A stretch of 63,322 nt of DNA, the filler included, from Olpidium bornovanus S191 (lineage: Eukaryota; Fungi; Olpidiomycota): NCBI GenBank assembly GCA_017911155.1. It is 27 parts of 27 records of this genome, joined end to end, with 100 filler letters (N's around TTAATTAATTAA, not from the genome) between each part and the next. Parts side by side here need not be neighbours in the genome. Positions count along the whole stretch, not along the records: positions 36,376 to 37,718 come from JAEFCI010010838.1; positions 37,819 to 40,145 come from JAEFCI010000340.1; positions 40,246 to 41,984 come from JAEFCI010006053.1; positions 42,085 to 44,152 come from JAEFCI010011806.1; positions 44,253 to 45,383 come from JAEFCI010008021.1; positions 45,484 to 47,076 come from JAEFCI010001658.1; positions 47,177 to 50,144 come from JAEFCI010001478.1; 20 more parts are not named here. One strand, 5' to 3'. Under the pieces are notes generated by a model. It was not told the DNA's origin, made no database searches, and saw only the letters and a list, made by a program, of their open reading frames with translations. A program made the translations under genes and the position numbers. Below are positions 37,099-48,640 of the stretch, in pieces. How positions within the stretch are numbered: the first letter of the stretch is position 1; each line of letters opens with the position of its first letter.

Positions 37099-37818
37099 GG
37101 CCGCAGGCCTCCTTCTGCCCCTCTTCTCGTACGCGGCCGAGCGGCGGGGCGTCCGGCTGGTCCGAGTTCGCCCTGCTCCTCGGGCGGCCCTGGGCTCCCC
37201 CTCCTCCCCTCCGGCGCGCGCGCGGACGGGCCCGGCGGCTCAGGGAACCGCCGCCGCGGAGGAAGGCGCGGGCCATGCGCGCGGGCGGGGAACGAAGCCT
37301 GCAGCCCGGAACCCGGAGGTGGTCACGTGCTTGCCCATATGCCTCGTCACATACGACTCCTCACTCCGTCGCCCTGGTGATTGCATAGCTGCCGTCGCTT
37401 ACCTGACATCACGTCCATACATATCATTTTTACCTTTCTTTGCCTTTTCTGACTCGTTTCTCCGTCTTTGCATCCCGCTCCTGCAACATCCGTCCCATTT
37501 CTCTTTTGTTAATCACACCGGTGAACGGTGCCCGTCGCTCAGCAAAGTTAAGGTGCGGGAGTGCTGTAAGCGCAGGCAGTTAATGTGGCAGGGCTACGAG
37601 TGGTGATCCCGATACCCCTGCTTGTACTTCCAAACCGGAAGCCTCCAACGCGAACCGCTGCCCCGTCTGCCTCCCGGACCGTCAGCTCGGAATGACCAAA
37701 CACAGGCTGCCGCCCGCCNNNNNNNNNNNNNNNNNNNNNNNNNNNNNNNNNNNNNNNNNNNNTTAATTAATTAANNNNNNNNNNNNNNNNNNNNNNNNNN
37801 NNNNNNNNNNNNNNNNNN

Positions 37819-38372
37819 GGTCCGCGTGCGTCTCATTGCCGCAGCGAAGGCGACGTCGAACCTCGCCGCCGCGTCGAACCAGTCCAGGTAGAGGAAGTCG
37901 ATGGCTTTTCCCCGCTCGACCGGCGGCGGTTCCGACATGTTCCCCACCGACAGCTGCTCCGTGACATCGAGTTTCTTGAGCCATGGTGTGCGTGCGTGTG
38001 TGTGTGTGTGGGGGGGGGGGGGCCGTGAAAGGACGGGTGGAAGGCGGGGGGGGGGGGGAGGGGGGGTGAGGGGGGGGGGGGGGGGGGAAATGGGATGTAA
38101 GCGGGAACAGCGGGCGGGGTCGGGGGTGGGAAGGGTTCGGCCGGATCGGGGGAGTTTTTTTTTTTTGCTTTTTTCCCCGCAAGGTGTGTCCGCGGGCGCG
38201 GGGCGGACACGGATGGAGAGAGAAACAGCGTACCGGGCCGACCACGTCCGTGCCGCTGTCCCAGCTGACGATCGCCCTGGTCGAGGCGGGCGGCCCGCCG
38301 CGGCCGGCGGGACCGGTCCGAGAGGCGACGATGACGGTCACATCGGCCGCTCTTTCCCCTGCGGGTGCCGCC
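37819..38372 (-). CDS. Hypothetical protein, two probable exons, 3'-partial
   Basis: MQAAAP..DVTVIVAS..TRAIVSWDSGTDVVGP|gtacgc...ag|KLDVTEQLSVGNM...IDFLYLDWFDAAARFDVAF has GC3-biased codons. No family recognised. Confidence 0.4.
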
Positions 38373-40080
38373 GCCTGCATCTTCTCCCTGGCTAAGAAAA
38401 TTTTCCCTTTTTTTAATTTTCCTGCGTCTTTTTTCCGCCGGTGAGTGTCTCCGCCGCCCCGTTCCCCGCTTCGCCCACCCCCCCCCCCTTCTCCCCGTGT
38501 GCGGGGGACAGGCAAACAAAAAGAGCCAAAGGGGCGAGAGCGGGGGGAGGGATGGACACCGGGCGTTTCCTATCACATAAAAAAAAACGGGGATCTCGGG
38601 GGGTCGAGGGTGGAGAGGGGTTAGGGTTAGCTCGCTCCCGCTCTCGGCGTCCAATAAAACAGGCGATTAGGAGGAGCTTTTTTTTTTCGGAGAACCCGAC
38701 TGCATTTTGATGAGCTGTGCGTTGCGCGGTGGTGTTTTTTTCTCCGGACGACGCACGGGTGCGTGGCCCCCTGAGCTTTCCCTTTTTTTTTTTTTTTTTT
38801 TTTTGTTTTTTCTTTTCCTGCCGAACAGGCCTGTTCGTGCGGGACGCTTTGATCAGCCATTCCGGAAAAAAAATACACTTGGGGTCGGGCCGTCGACACG
38901 GAGGGACGACATGAAAAGGTCGCCGGGTCACGTGCTCGGCGTGTCGGCGGAATCGGCCCGGTCTTTGAAAAGCTTGCAGCTCCTCACGAAAGCACCAGAC
39001 CAAAACGGGACACAGGTTTGTTCAAATTGCCCCCCGGTTCGAGGCCGACGGAACGAATTCAAAACCGGGCGGGAATCTGGCGTACCCCTCGCTGAGCCAC
39101 AAAGCACCGCTGGGCTACAAAGCACAGCCGGTCGGCGGCTTTGATCGCGGGTGTAACGTGCTGCTGCCGTGGCCATTTGCCGCGCACGACAACGGCGACA
39201 CGACAACGGCGGCGGCATCGAGCGAATTTGCGGGATTCGCGGAATTCGCGGGATTTCGCAGGGATTCGCAGGGATCCCGCGGGGTCAGCAGGGATCAGCA
39301 GGGGGTTTTGACGGTGGAATTTCGACGAAAAATTTTTGATTCCGGCGGAGAGTTTTGACGGTGATTTCGACGGGAGTTCAACGAAGACTGTCTCAAAGGA
39401 GACAGTGTTACGTTCGGAACTGCCAGTTCTCGGTTTTCTTCAGAGAAGCCGCGGCGGCTCGCCGTCGTCCGCGGCGCGGGACCGGCGACGACCTCCCCGT
39501 CGACGAAACAAAAAAAAAAAAGAAAAAAAAAAAAAAAAAAAGGCCTTCGACGATCCCGGCCCGCACCGAAGCGGCCGGGGCGCCTATCGGCGCCGCCGCC
39601 CGCGCGGAAAGGGGCTGCGCCCCGGGAAAGGCGCCGCGGGCCGCGCGGGCCGCGGAACGTCCGAGTCAAACCCGGCAGGACCAGAGCCGCTACGGCGAAA
39701 TAAGTTCGGGCAACAAAAGCGGTTCTTTTTTTTTTTGTTTTTTTTTTTTTTTTCCGGCAATCCTTTCCCGTAAAACCGCCTTCCCCACCGCCCCCCATGA
39801 TAACCCGCGCGGACGACGGGTTTGCGTGGCCCCGCAATTTCTGTCGGCGCGCGCACCCGGCGAAAGCCAAAGGAAAAAGACAGGAAGAAAAAAAAAGATA
39901 TCAAAAACAAAAAAACAAACAACCAAACGTGATCATTTTTAATTGCATTTCTGAGAAACTTTCCGGGTGGATCTTGCTTCCGGTTTTTTTTTTTCGTGAA
40001 CCCTTTTTCCCCCCTATTTTTGGGAAAACGCAGAAATCGCGTTTGGGGAAAGTTGGAAAACGTGCTGACCGCAGAATGTG

Positions 40081-40101
40081 AGAGAGAGAGAGAGAGAAAG
40101 A

Positions 40102-40145
<44 letters not shown>
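40081..40145. repeat. (GA)n microsatellite at contig end
   Basis: Directly visible. Confidence 0.95.
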
Positions 40146-40246
40146 NNNNNNNNNNNNNNNNNNNNNNNNNNNNNNNNNNNNNNNNNNNNTTAATTAATTA
40201 ANNNNNNNNNNNNNNNNNNNNNNNNNNNNNNNNNNNNNNNNNNNNG

Positions 40247-41238
40247 CATGCAGAAGTGCTTGATCTCGGGGTACCACTGAAATCGGGAAGAGCGGGGAGG
40301 GGGTGAGGAAGGGAGGGGAAAAGTAGGAAAACGCACACCCCCGCGCCGGATATGTTGGTTAGAAATTACACCCGCCCGGCCCTCTCCCCCGCCCCCCACC
40401 CATCCACGACGTTATTTCCTTCTTATTTTTTTGCCCGGAGAAAACCAAAATGAAAAATCACAATCTGTCTTCCTCTTCCCCCACACGCCGGCAAAAGAGC
40501 TCCTCTCTCCCTCTCTCCCTCGCCGATTCTCTTCCCCCGTCACCCCCCTCAATGTACCTTGTCCATAAGATTGATGTACATCATTCGGTCGTTCAGCGCG
40601 AAGCAAATCAGGATGATGTCCGCGTTCGGGTACGCCAGAGGCCGCAGCCTGTCGTAGTCGGGCTGCCCGGCGGTATCCCAGAGTGCCACCTCCACGATCT
40701 TCTTCTCGTACTTCATGTTGAATGTGTAATTCTCGAAAACAGTGGGAACGTACTCCTTTGCAAAAATAAAAAAAGGAATTAAGGAAAAGGAAATTGCAGC
40801 GCCGCTGTAGGAAGACGCTTAAAAACCAAAACAAAATCGACGTTTTTTTTTTTCATTCCCGGTAAAAGGATGCAAAGAGGCGTCCGGTCGCCTCTCTCGG
40901 AGGAAACGTGCGCAGCCGCAGGCATACGCCGGCCGCTTCTTCTTTTCATTTTTGTTATTTTATTGTTTTTTTTTTACCTCTGGAAAAACCCCCGTGGTAT
41001 AGCTGAGCAGGAGGCAGCTTTTCCCGGAACCGCCGTCGCCGACGAAGACCACCTTTTTCTGCTCGCCGGGGACGTCGCAAGCGGAAGCCTGCGAATCATG
41101 GAGATAATTTTTGATTTTTTTTTTTGTGCGCGCGTGTGTTGTGAATTGCTTTCCCCTCGCGGCAGGGCGGAGCCGCCCCGCTGGACCGACGATGCGCGAC
41201 GCCGCAGACGCACGAGCACAAACCTCAACGATGGACAT
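40247..41238 (-). CDS. Rho-family small GTPase (Rho4-like), 3'-partial
   Basis: KKVVFVGDGGSGKSCLL..YTTGVFPE|EYVPTVFENY...LWDTAGQPDYDRLRPLAYP...MDK|WYPEIKHFC. The probable first exon is MSIVE at 41238. Confidence 0.93.
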
Positions 41239-42129
41239 GGTTCCCCGAGATTCTTCTATTATTCCCCGGTCTTCCGTGCGTAATTCCCGCCGGCTGGTCC
41301 TGCTGTGAGACGCCGGGGTGTCAGCGAACGGTCGGCTTTGTTCCTCTTCCGCTCTTTCCCCACCGCCCCAGGGCCGAGCCGCTGTTCTCGCATCACAACA
41401 AATGTCCCAACCGGCCGGCGCATTGCGCCGCCCCGCACCAACCCCCGGTCAAAAAGAGCCGTCGACGTTTGTCGGATGGCCCGCGCGGCGGCTCTAGCTA
41501 CGGCGGCGGCCCGCGGGTGGGGTTGGGGGGGGAATGGGGGCCGGGGTGAATGGGCTGGGGGCGGTCACGTCTTTGGTTTGTTCTTCGTGTGCGGAGTTGT
41601 TCCTGACCGTCACCGGTTTTTTTATATTAGCACTCCCTCACCCCCCCGCCGCCCCACCTTCTTCCCCCCTCCGTTCCGTTTATTTTCTTTTGCAGGGGAC
41701 ATCGGGCCGATCCATCTCCCCTCCTCCTATCTCCTCGTGAAATGGCACGCTCTTTGCGGTGCGATGTGTGCCTTTAGGCAGGAAGTCAGGCGGAGTCGTC
41801 CGCGACGGCGAGGAGAAATCCGTCGTCTGCTGGCTGATTACGGAGCGTCTGATCTATCCCCAACATGCAGCTTACGCAGGCGAGCCTACGCACTCGCACA
41901 ATACCCTCGGATGCTCCGTAGTCGAAGAACCCTTAAAAAAACAACAATCTTCACCATCTGTGTCCCCTCTCTCCCCTTCTCCCCNNNNNNNNNNNNNNNN
42001 NNNNNNNNNNNNNNNNNNNNNNNNNNNNTTAATTAATTAANNNNNNNNNNNNNNNNNNNNNNNNNNNNNNNNNNNNNNNNNNNNATATTTTTTTTTTTTT
42101 TTTTGTTTGTACAAAAATGTGGTTGGGGG

Positions 42130-42172
<43 letters not shown>

Positions 42173-42304
42173 GGCAGGGAAAAGAAAAGTCAGGCGCAAC
42201 GCGCGACCGGCAGGTCGTTTCGAACGCGGTCGGCGTCATTTCGCCGCCGAAGAAGGAAATAAAATATCCACCCGACGTCCCGCCGCCCGAAACGGGCTTA
42301 ATCC

Positions 42305-44152
42305 TCACCTCCACGAAACTGGCCTGAAGCTCGACCACTTTGCGCTGTTCACTCGCCTGTTTCGCGCCGTCGTTTACCAAGGCGACGACCTGCTCCATTT
42401 TGAGCAGAGCCAGGCTGAGGTTTGCATATTCTGCACCGGTCCTGTCCGTCTCTTTCAGCACGGCCTGCCCTCGCGCAAACCGTTTTGGAGAGATCAGGCG
42501 CACCATTTTAAGTGAGAAAGGTCTCGGCAAGCGCCGTTGCCGGCCCGGCTACAAAAGCGTCGAAGGCAGGCGATATTCTTTCCACCACCCCTTTTTTTGC
42601 TTTGCTCACCTTGAACAGCAAGGGATACTTGCACAAGCGCTGGATCGGCTTGATCAGGTATCCGCCCAAATCCAGTTTCCGCGTGCGAGGGTTTTTGAAC
42701 GCCTCCTCCATGAACGTTCGCAGCCCTTTGTTCGACTGCAGGAGGCCGCGAAGCCGCTCCAGCGCCGCGGAAGTGTTCGCGCAGTAAACGCTGTACACGA
42801 GAAACTGGTCCATCTGCAAGAGCGGGCGCGCGCGGGGCGTGCAAAAATGTTTTCGGCCGGGCCTCAGGCCCCCCCGCGATTCGGGAAAAAAAAAAAAAAA
42901 AAAAAAAGAAAACGTCGCCGCCCGCTTACCGTCTGCAAAAACGCGTCTCCGACGTCCTGGACGGTGGGATGGCTTTTTCCTTCCAGCATTCTGACGAGCG
43001 CCTGGGCCACGCGGGGTGAACGAGCGGCATCAGGAAAAAAGCCCCCGCAGCCGCCCCCGGTTGGCACGAGAATTTCGTTTTTTTTCTTTTTTTTTGTCTT
43101 TTTCTTTTTTTTCTTGGCCTGACCTTGTTCACTGTCGCGACGTCATCAATATTCGAGAACAGGGCCTCCGTGGTCTTCGGCGGAAGGAGCTTCCGTTCGA
43201 CGATCGGATTGCGGAACACCTGCGACCCCGTCCGGTCAGTGCAAATGCGGCTCGGATAATTCGCCGACACGAAAAGGGGATTATTAATTTTTTTTTCTTT
43301 TAAAGAAGAAAACGTTGTATTGCGCCTACTTCGATAATGATCTGAAGGTCGCGGACGTAGTCGCATTCGGTCGTGATTATCTCTTGCACGACCATCTTCC
43401 GCTTGTTCCCTTTCCGATCCGCAGACTCCGCCCCGGACGGTCCCGAAGGCGCGCCTTTCCCGGTTTCCTCGGCTTTCTGAATCACCGCGGGAAACTTGGC
43501 TTCCGGTTTGCATTCCGCGGCAACAGCCGCCACGTCTCCCCAGGGTGCTTCAGGGACGGATTCCGGCGCGACGCCGCGTTCACCGGCGGCCGCAACTCCC
43601 TGGGGGTCAGACTGCCAGGGACGGGAGGGACCCGCCGACTCCGCACCGTGTTGGGCCTGCGCGCTCAACGCACGAAGCGCCGTGTCGTCGGCCTGAGGAA
43701 CCCGGCCGCCGTCTGCAATTTCCTCGGTCGCATTGACATCCGCCGCCACGGGGACGAGATCGCGCTGGGCGTCGTTGACGGCCGCAGCGATGCAGGTCGC
43801 CCCATCGGCGAAATCTTGAGGTGCGCTCTCGCCGGTCGGCATTGCGTCCGTCGCCGCATCGACCGGGGGCATGTTCTCGCAGGGCGGCCCAAGCTCTCCC
43901 GACACGCATGCAGCCTGGACGGGAGGGGCACCCTCACGCAGAGGGATATCACTACTTTTGGGAATTTCTGACGGACTTCCCTTCGAGACCGAGCCGTCGG
44001 GTTCGGAACGGCACGCGTTGGCAAGGGACTCGGGCACGTCACGGGCAATCGCGTCAGGCGGCGTTTCGGCATTCTCAGCATTCTCCGCGAGCAAGCCGTC
44101 AGTAAAGCTTTCCTTTGCCGGCGAACCCTGTTGCTGTAACACTTCGAACATG
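42305..44152 (-). CDS. Dbl-homology (DH) RhoGEF, multi-exon, partial
   Basis: KRKMVVQEIITTECDYVRDL / LFSNID / VGDAFL / YSVYCAN..AA...L / LDLGGYLIKPIQRLCKYPLLFK / LALLKMEQVVALVND. Confidence 0.93.
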
Positions 44153-44253
44153 NNNNNNNNNNNNNNNNNNNNNNNNNNNNNNNNNNNNNNNNNNNNTTAA
44201 TTAATTAANNNNNNNNNNNNNNNNNNNNNNNNNNNNNNNNNNNNNNNNNNNNC

Positions 44254-45021
44254 ACGCCGGAGCCGACGTCCTTTGCTGACCGGTCCGCGCCGTTCGCTTC
44301 TGTTACCCCGGATTTCCGCGGCAAGTTCGACACGGTTGATTTCGAGTTCGACCCGAAATTCGACGCCGGCATGACCTTTTCTTCGACGGCGAATAAGGCG
44401 GCGCCATCTGCTTCGACAACGGCCCTGCCGCCCAGCCGGTCTAATTTCAGCTTCGACGACCCGTTTTCGTCGTCCCGTCCGCCCGCGCCCGACGGCGGAA
44501 TGGCCGCGACTAACTTCGACGACGTGTTCAGCGCACCTGCGTCTGGCGGAGCTCCGTTCGCCGGCGCCGGCGGCATGGACTCGCCGTTCGCAGCTTCGGA
44601 CCCGTTCGGTTTCTCGGGCCCGGACCCCTTCTTCCCCGCTTCTCTTCCTGCCGCCTCTGGAAGAGGGAACGGCGGCTTCTTGGCGACGCACGCGGTTCCG
44701 CAGCGGGAGCCTTCTCAGCCGGCTGAAGGCACGGGTGGGTTTTCGTTCGACGACGCCTTCGGCCCCGCGGCCCCGTTTCCTCCGGCGGATGCGGCGGGGT
44801 CAACGCTTAGAGGGATGCCGACCAAGGTTACGGGGGGCGCGGTCACAACGGCCTCGTCGTCCAGCGCGCTCGACCTGGCGGAAGACATCGAGAGCGTCAA
44901 AAACCTGCTCAACCTCGGTTTTCCGCGGCACCGCGTGCTCGAGGCTCTCGAGAAGTTTGGCTACGACGAGGCCCGGGCGACGGAGTATCTGCTCGAGCGT
45001 CAGGAGCCGAAAGGAAAATGA
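44254..45021 (+). CDS. EDE1: Ede1/Eps15-like endocytic adaptor C-terminus (DPF and FDDxF motifs + UBA domain), 5'-partial
   Basis: FDDPF, FDDVF, DPF x2 and FDDAF are followed by a terminal UBA domain VKNLLNLGFPRHRVLEALEKFGYDEARATEYLL. Confidence 0.7.
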   Translation, partial: TPEPTSFADRSAPFASVTPDFRGKFDTVDFEFDPKFDAGMTFSSTANKAAPSASTTALPPSRSNFSFDDPFSSSRPPAPDGGMAATNFDDVFSAPASGGAPFAGAGGMDSPFAASDPFGFSGPDPFFPASLPAASGRGNGGFLATHAVPQREPSQPAEGTGGFSFDDAFGPAAPFPPADAAGSTLRGMPTKVTGGAVTTASSSSALDLAEDIESVKNLLNLGFPRHRVLEALEKFGYDEARATEYLLERQEPKGK

Positions 45022-45876
45022 GGTTTCTGTTTGTATCACGGCAAATAGGCATCCCCCCCCTCCCCCCCCCGTTCCCTTCCCTCCCCCCCCCGGGGGGCTC
45101 GATGTAACGTAGCCCGTACCCTCACTGCCCCATCCCATCCCCCCTCGCTTTTTTATTTTGCATCGTCGGCATCCTGGTGCTGGTTTTTTTTCTTTTTCAC
45201 GTCTGAAATTCTTTTCCCCCACTTCCCCGCCCTTTCTTCCCCATCACACGGTGCGCGCAAACCATGCTTTTCCCCACCCAGCGAAAGCACCCTGCGTCCT
45301 TTCCTCCAAGACTCGAATTGAAATGTGTAGATCACGCCGGTGGAATTCCGCCCTCTCGCCCAACCCTCACCCCACCAAGAGAANNNNNNNNNNNNNNNNN
45401 NNNNNNNNNNNNNNNNNNNNNNNNNNNTTAATTAATTAANNNNNNNNNNNNNNNNNNNNNNNNNNNNNNNNNNNNNNNNNNNNCATGACAAGACGAGGAC
45501 GACCGGACCTTGGGACCGACAAAATGGGAGATCTCGGCGTAATATCTGGTGATTACCAACCTGGCGGAAGGGCTGCGGGCCTGCTGCTGTCACCGGCAGA
45601 CCGCAGAGCAAAGAAGAACAAAACAATGCAACACTTCTGTACCGAAAGCTGTATTTTCATTCAGCCTGGAATCGACAGTATACATTTCTAATCAACGTTT
45701 AAAGGTTTTCTTTCTTGGGGTGTTCTAGGTATCTAAGGGGAGGAGAGTTGGGGGAAGGAAGAATAAAAATAGAAAACCGGTATGGGAAAGGGAAGTAAAC
45801 GTGGCGGCAGGAACCTGGGGCGCTGATAGGAACATACGGAGAGGTGGAAGGAATGTATTGCAAAAAGCAACCGGCT

Positions 45877-47043
45877 CTACGGTCTTCCGCCTCTCCCGGT
45901 AATAATCCTGGCGTGCATCTCCAACATCGACTCGAGTTCCGCCAACTTGATGGGCTTCGCCAGGAAACCGTCCATGCCGGCGTCCATGCACGTCTGCCTG
46001 TCCGCGTCCATCGCGTTTGCGGTGAGGGCAAGAATAACGGGCTGGTCGATCGACGCGTCCCCGCGGATGGTCATCGTCGCCGTGACGCCGGACATGATCG
46101 GCATCTGCATGTCCATCAGCACGAGGTCGACGCGGCCTCCCGCCCGCGGGCCCTCGGGCGGCGGCGCCAGGCCGCCGCTCCCCGGCCCCCCGCCGGCGCG
46201 CGGCCCGGCCGCGGAATTCCGGGCCCTCACCGCCGCAACCGCCTGCTCGCCGTTCTGGACGACGGAAACGTCGGTGAACCGCAGCTTCGCCAGCATGCCG
46301 GTCGCGACCATGACGTTCGTGGCGTTGTCCTCCGCCAGCAGGATCCGGACCGGGAACTTCTCCCCCGGGGCGCGCTTGTCGTCAACCCCGCCGGCGCCGG
46401 CCGGGGCGGGCCCGCCGCCGTCGGAAGGGTCGCGAGAACGGTCGCTCCCCGGAGACTGCCGCGGCGGCTTCTCCAGCGGCAGCGTGAACGAGAACGTGCT
46501 GCCGATCCCGGGCACGGACGAGACGCGGATGCTCCCCCCCATGAGCTCGACAAGCAGATTACAGATGCTCAGCCCGAGACCCGTGCCGCCGTATTTCCTG
46601 GTGGTGCTGAATCCGCGCGCGAAGGTAGACGGGAACAGAAAGTCAGAAGAAAAAAAAAATAAAAATCTGTCAGGCAGGAGTTTTTTTTTTTTTTTCTTCT
46701 TCTTTTTCTTTTTTTTTTTTTTTTGTGACCGTGGACGTCCGCGGATAATTCGATCGGTTGACCTTGAGTCCACTTGCGTGAAGCTCCGGAAAAGTTTCCC
46801 TCTGGCGTCCTTCGGAATTCCGATCCCGGAGTCCCGCACGCTGAAGGCGAGCATGATCTTCCCCGGGTCCTCCCGCAGGTCCCCGGGCTGATTTTGGTCA
46901 GCTTGCGCGGCCGCGCAGTCCGGCGCGCAGAAAACGCTCGTCTCAACGCTCGTGTCGTCCTGGGACGCGGCCACGGTCCGACTGGAACCAGCGCGCGGCG
47001 CAGCGGTCGCGACCAGGACTTCTACACTTCCGCACAAAGTGAA
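45877..47043 (-). CDS. Hybrid sensor histidine kinase C-terminal part (HATPase_c + receiver), 5'-partial; intron 46607-46762
   Basis: FT..G.V.V; VRDSGIGIP (G1); LFRSFTQVDS|STTRKYGGTGLGLSIC..LVELMGG (F, G2); receiver ILLAEDN..N, DLVLMDMQMPIMSG, ALTANA, FLAKP. Confidence 0.96.
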   Translation of the reverse strand, partial: FTLCGSVEVLVATAAPRAGSSRTVAASQDDTSVETSVFCAPDCAAAQADQNQPGDLREDPGKIMLAFSVRDSGIGIPKDARGKLFRSFTQVDSRSTDRIIRGRPRSQKKKKKKKKKKKKKKLLPDRFLFFFSSDFLFPSTFARGFSTTRKYGGTGLGLSICNLLVELMGGSIRVSSVPGIGSTFSFTLPLEKPPRQSPGSDRSRDPSDGGGPAPAGAGGVDDKRAPGEKFPVRILLAEDNATNVMVATGMLAKLRFTDVSVVQNGEQAVAAVRARNSAAGPRAGGGPGSGGLAPPPEGPRAGGRVDLVLMDMQMPIMSGVTATMTIRGDASIDQPVILALTANAMDADRQTCMDAGMDGFLAKPIKLAELESMLEMHARIITGRGGRP

Positions 47044-47176
47044 CTGCGGGGCGAGAGACCGAGCGGGGTTAGCATGNNNNNNNNNNNNNNNNNNNNNNNN
47101 NNNNNNNNNNNNNNNNNNNNTTAATTAATTAANNNNNNNNNNNNNNNNNNNNNNNNNNNNNNNNNNNNNNNNNNNN

Positions 47177-47420
47177 CATGTGGTCTGTGGCGCCCGAGTC
47201 AATGATGATTTCTGGGGGCATATGAAGTGCCGGGAAGTCAGTGCCAAGATGCGAAACGCTGCAGAAAGCGCGAGAGCAGGTGGAATACATCTGCGCCTGG
47301 TGCGGTTGGCAACCGCTATGCAAAGCGCGAGCATTGGAGGTAGTGGTACGTCCGGATGGGTTACTTGAATTGCGGGGAGTAGACCCTGAGTTTGCCTTCA
47401 TGCATTCAACATTTGCGGAT
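47177..47420 (-). mobile_element. Ty1/copia gag-protease remnant
   Basis: IIIDSGATDHM aspartic-protease motif at the contig edge, with a decayed Cys/His knuckle-like stretch upstream. Confidence 0.7.
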
Positions 47421-47633
47421 GCGTGAGCATGAAGATCAGCTGGAATAAGTGGGCAATCGCTCGGAAAATGTGCAGGAGAAGAGCAAATTTGCATGGGTTA
47501 CGGGGGTGGTTGCGCTTCCGCGAGGCGGTTCCAATCAGATCAGAGGTTTGCGAGGAGCGCATATCTCAAGAGCGAGTATTGCGGGCATCGTGCATACGAG
47601 GTGCCACGGTATGCCCGTGATGGGCGGAAGGCG

Positions 47634-48533
47634 TCAGCGCATCATGGTGAACAGGTTGGTGAACAGGTGGCCGTCGCGCATCCATGGCGGAGCAATCTGG
47701 TGGCACCTCTGCTGGTCGGGCCGGTGCTGGCAATTAGACCGATCTCGGTGACCATACCGAGTTTGTCGGGTGGCGGCGTCAAACTGTAGTGTCGCGAGTT
47801 GACAAACGCCGAGGTCATCCAGATTCCCTGGAACTGCGGCAATGGCCTGTCTGACATAATCTGCCAGATTATCAAAGTATTGTGTTGTCAACGCCCTTGA
47901 GCTCAAAGCACCTTCGAGAAGGGAACTTAATTCGTTGAACTGGGCGGTATACTCCATGACAGAACCGGTTTGCGTCAATCTTTGCAGTCTCCTGGATGTT
48001 TCCATGAACTCGTTGTCGTTGCCGTAATGCATTTGTAGCAAATCTTTCATATCCGCTCATGTCGCATCATCCTCATCTTGGAAAGTCTTGAGGTGGTTGA
48101 ACCAAAGAGTGGCGGGCGTACCGTCAAGCTTGGTTGCAGCGATATCTGCTTGTGTGGTAACACCTGTGCAACTGAGTTTAAAGAACCTTTCCATTTTGGT
48201 GACGAACAAGCGTAAATCTGTGGCAATGGTCAGTCCCCTGCCATTGAACTTATTAATTTCGGCAAAGACCAACTTGAGAGAATCATTGCTAAGCAGCCCC
48301 TGCATGGGGTTTTGATAACTGTGGGTGCGTTGCCGGCGCTCTTGGCGTCTAAGTTGATTCTGGGCTTCTTGCAAAGCGGCACGCAGTTCTTCTACTTCAT
48401 TCAGGCCGGCAGGAGGTTGTACCTGATAGGTGGGAGTCTCGGTGAAGGGATCTCCAAGGCGCGGGGCTTGCGGGAAGATAGCGCTTTTATCCGGCTTTGA
48501 GGCACTAGCCTGTTCGCCTTTATCAAATGGCAT
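47634..48533 (-). mobile_element. Ty3/gypsy-type gag (capsid) pseudogene
   Basis: KFNG..DLRLFVTKMERFF...A.LWF...AT*ADMKDLL..HYG...RRLQRLTQTGSVMEYTAQFNEL. The two track ORFs share a frame and are split by TGA at 48057-48059. Confidence 0.85.
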
Positions 48534-48588
48534 GGCGACGTTAATGTCAGTTGTGGCACAGTGAAGACGCGGGAAAATTCTTGCGGGT

Positions 48589-48640
48589 GTCTAAGCGAAT
48601 CCTGCAGGTGCTTAAGCGAATCCTGCAGGTGCCTAAGCAA
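48589..48640 (+). repeat. 21-bp tandem repeat (CTAAGCGAATCCTGCAGGTGC) x ~2.3, upstream of gag
   Basis: Directly visible. Confidence 0.85.

Noticed and set aside
37900-38372. C9orf72/longin-like WD..GP motif in the hypothetical gene
   Set aside because: Only about four residues match, and downstream blocks do not agree.
38620-38632. GGTTAGGGTTAG telomere-like motif
   Set aside because: Only two units, internal to the contig, and compatible with chance.
40246-44152. Rho GTPase next to a RhoGEF as a functional gene cluster
   Set aside because: They lie on different contigs separated by an artificial linker, so the adjacency carries no information.
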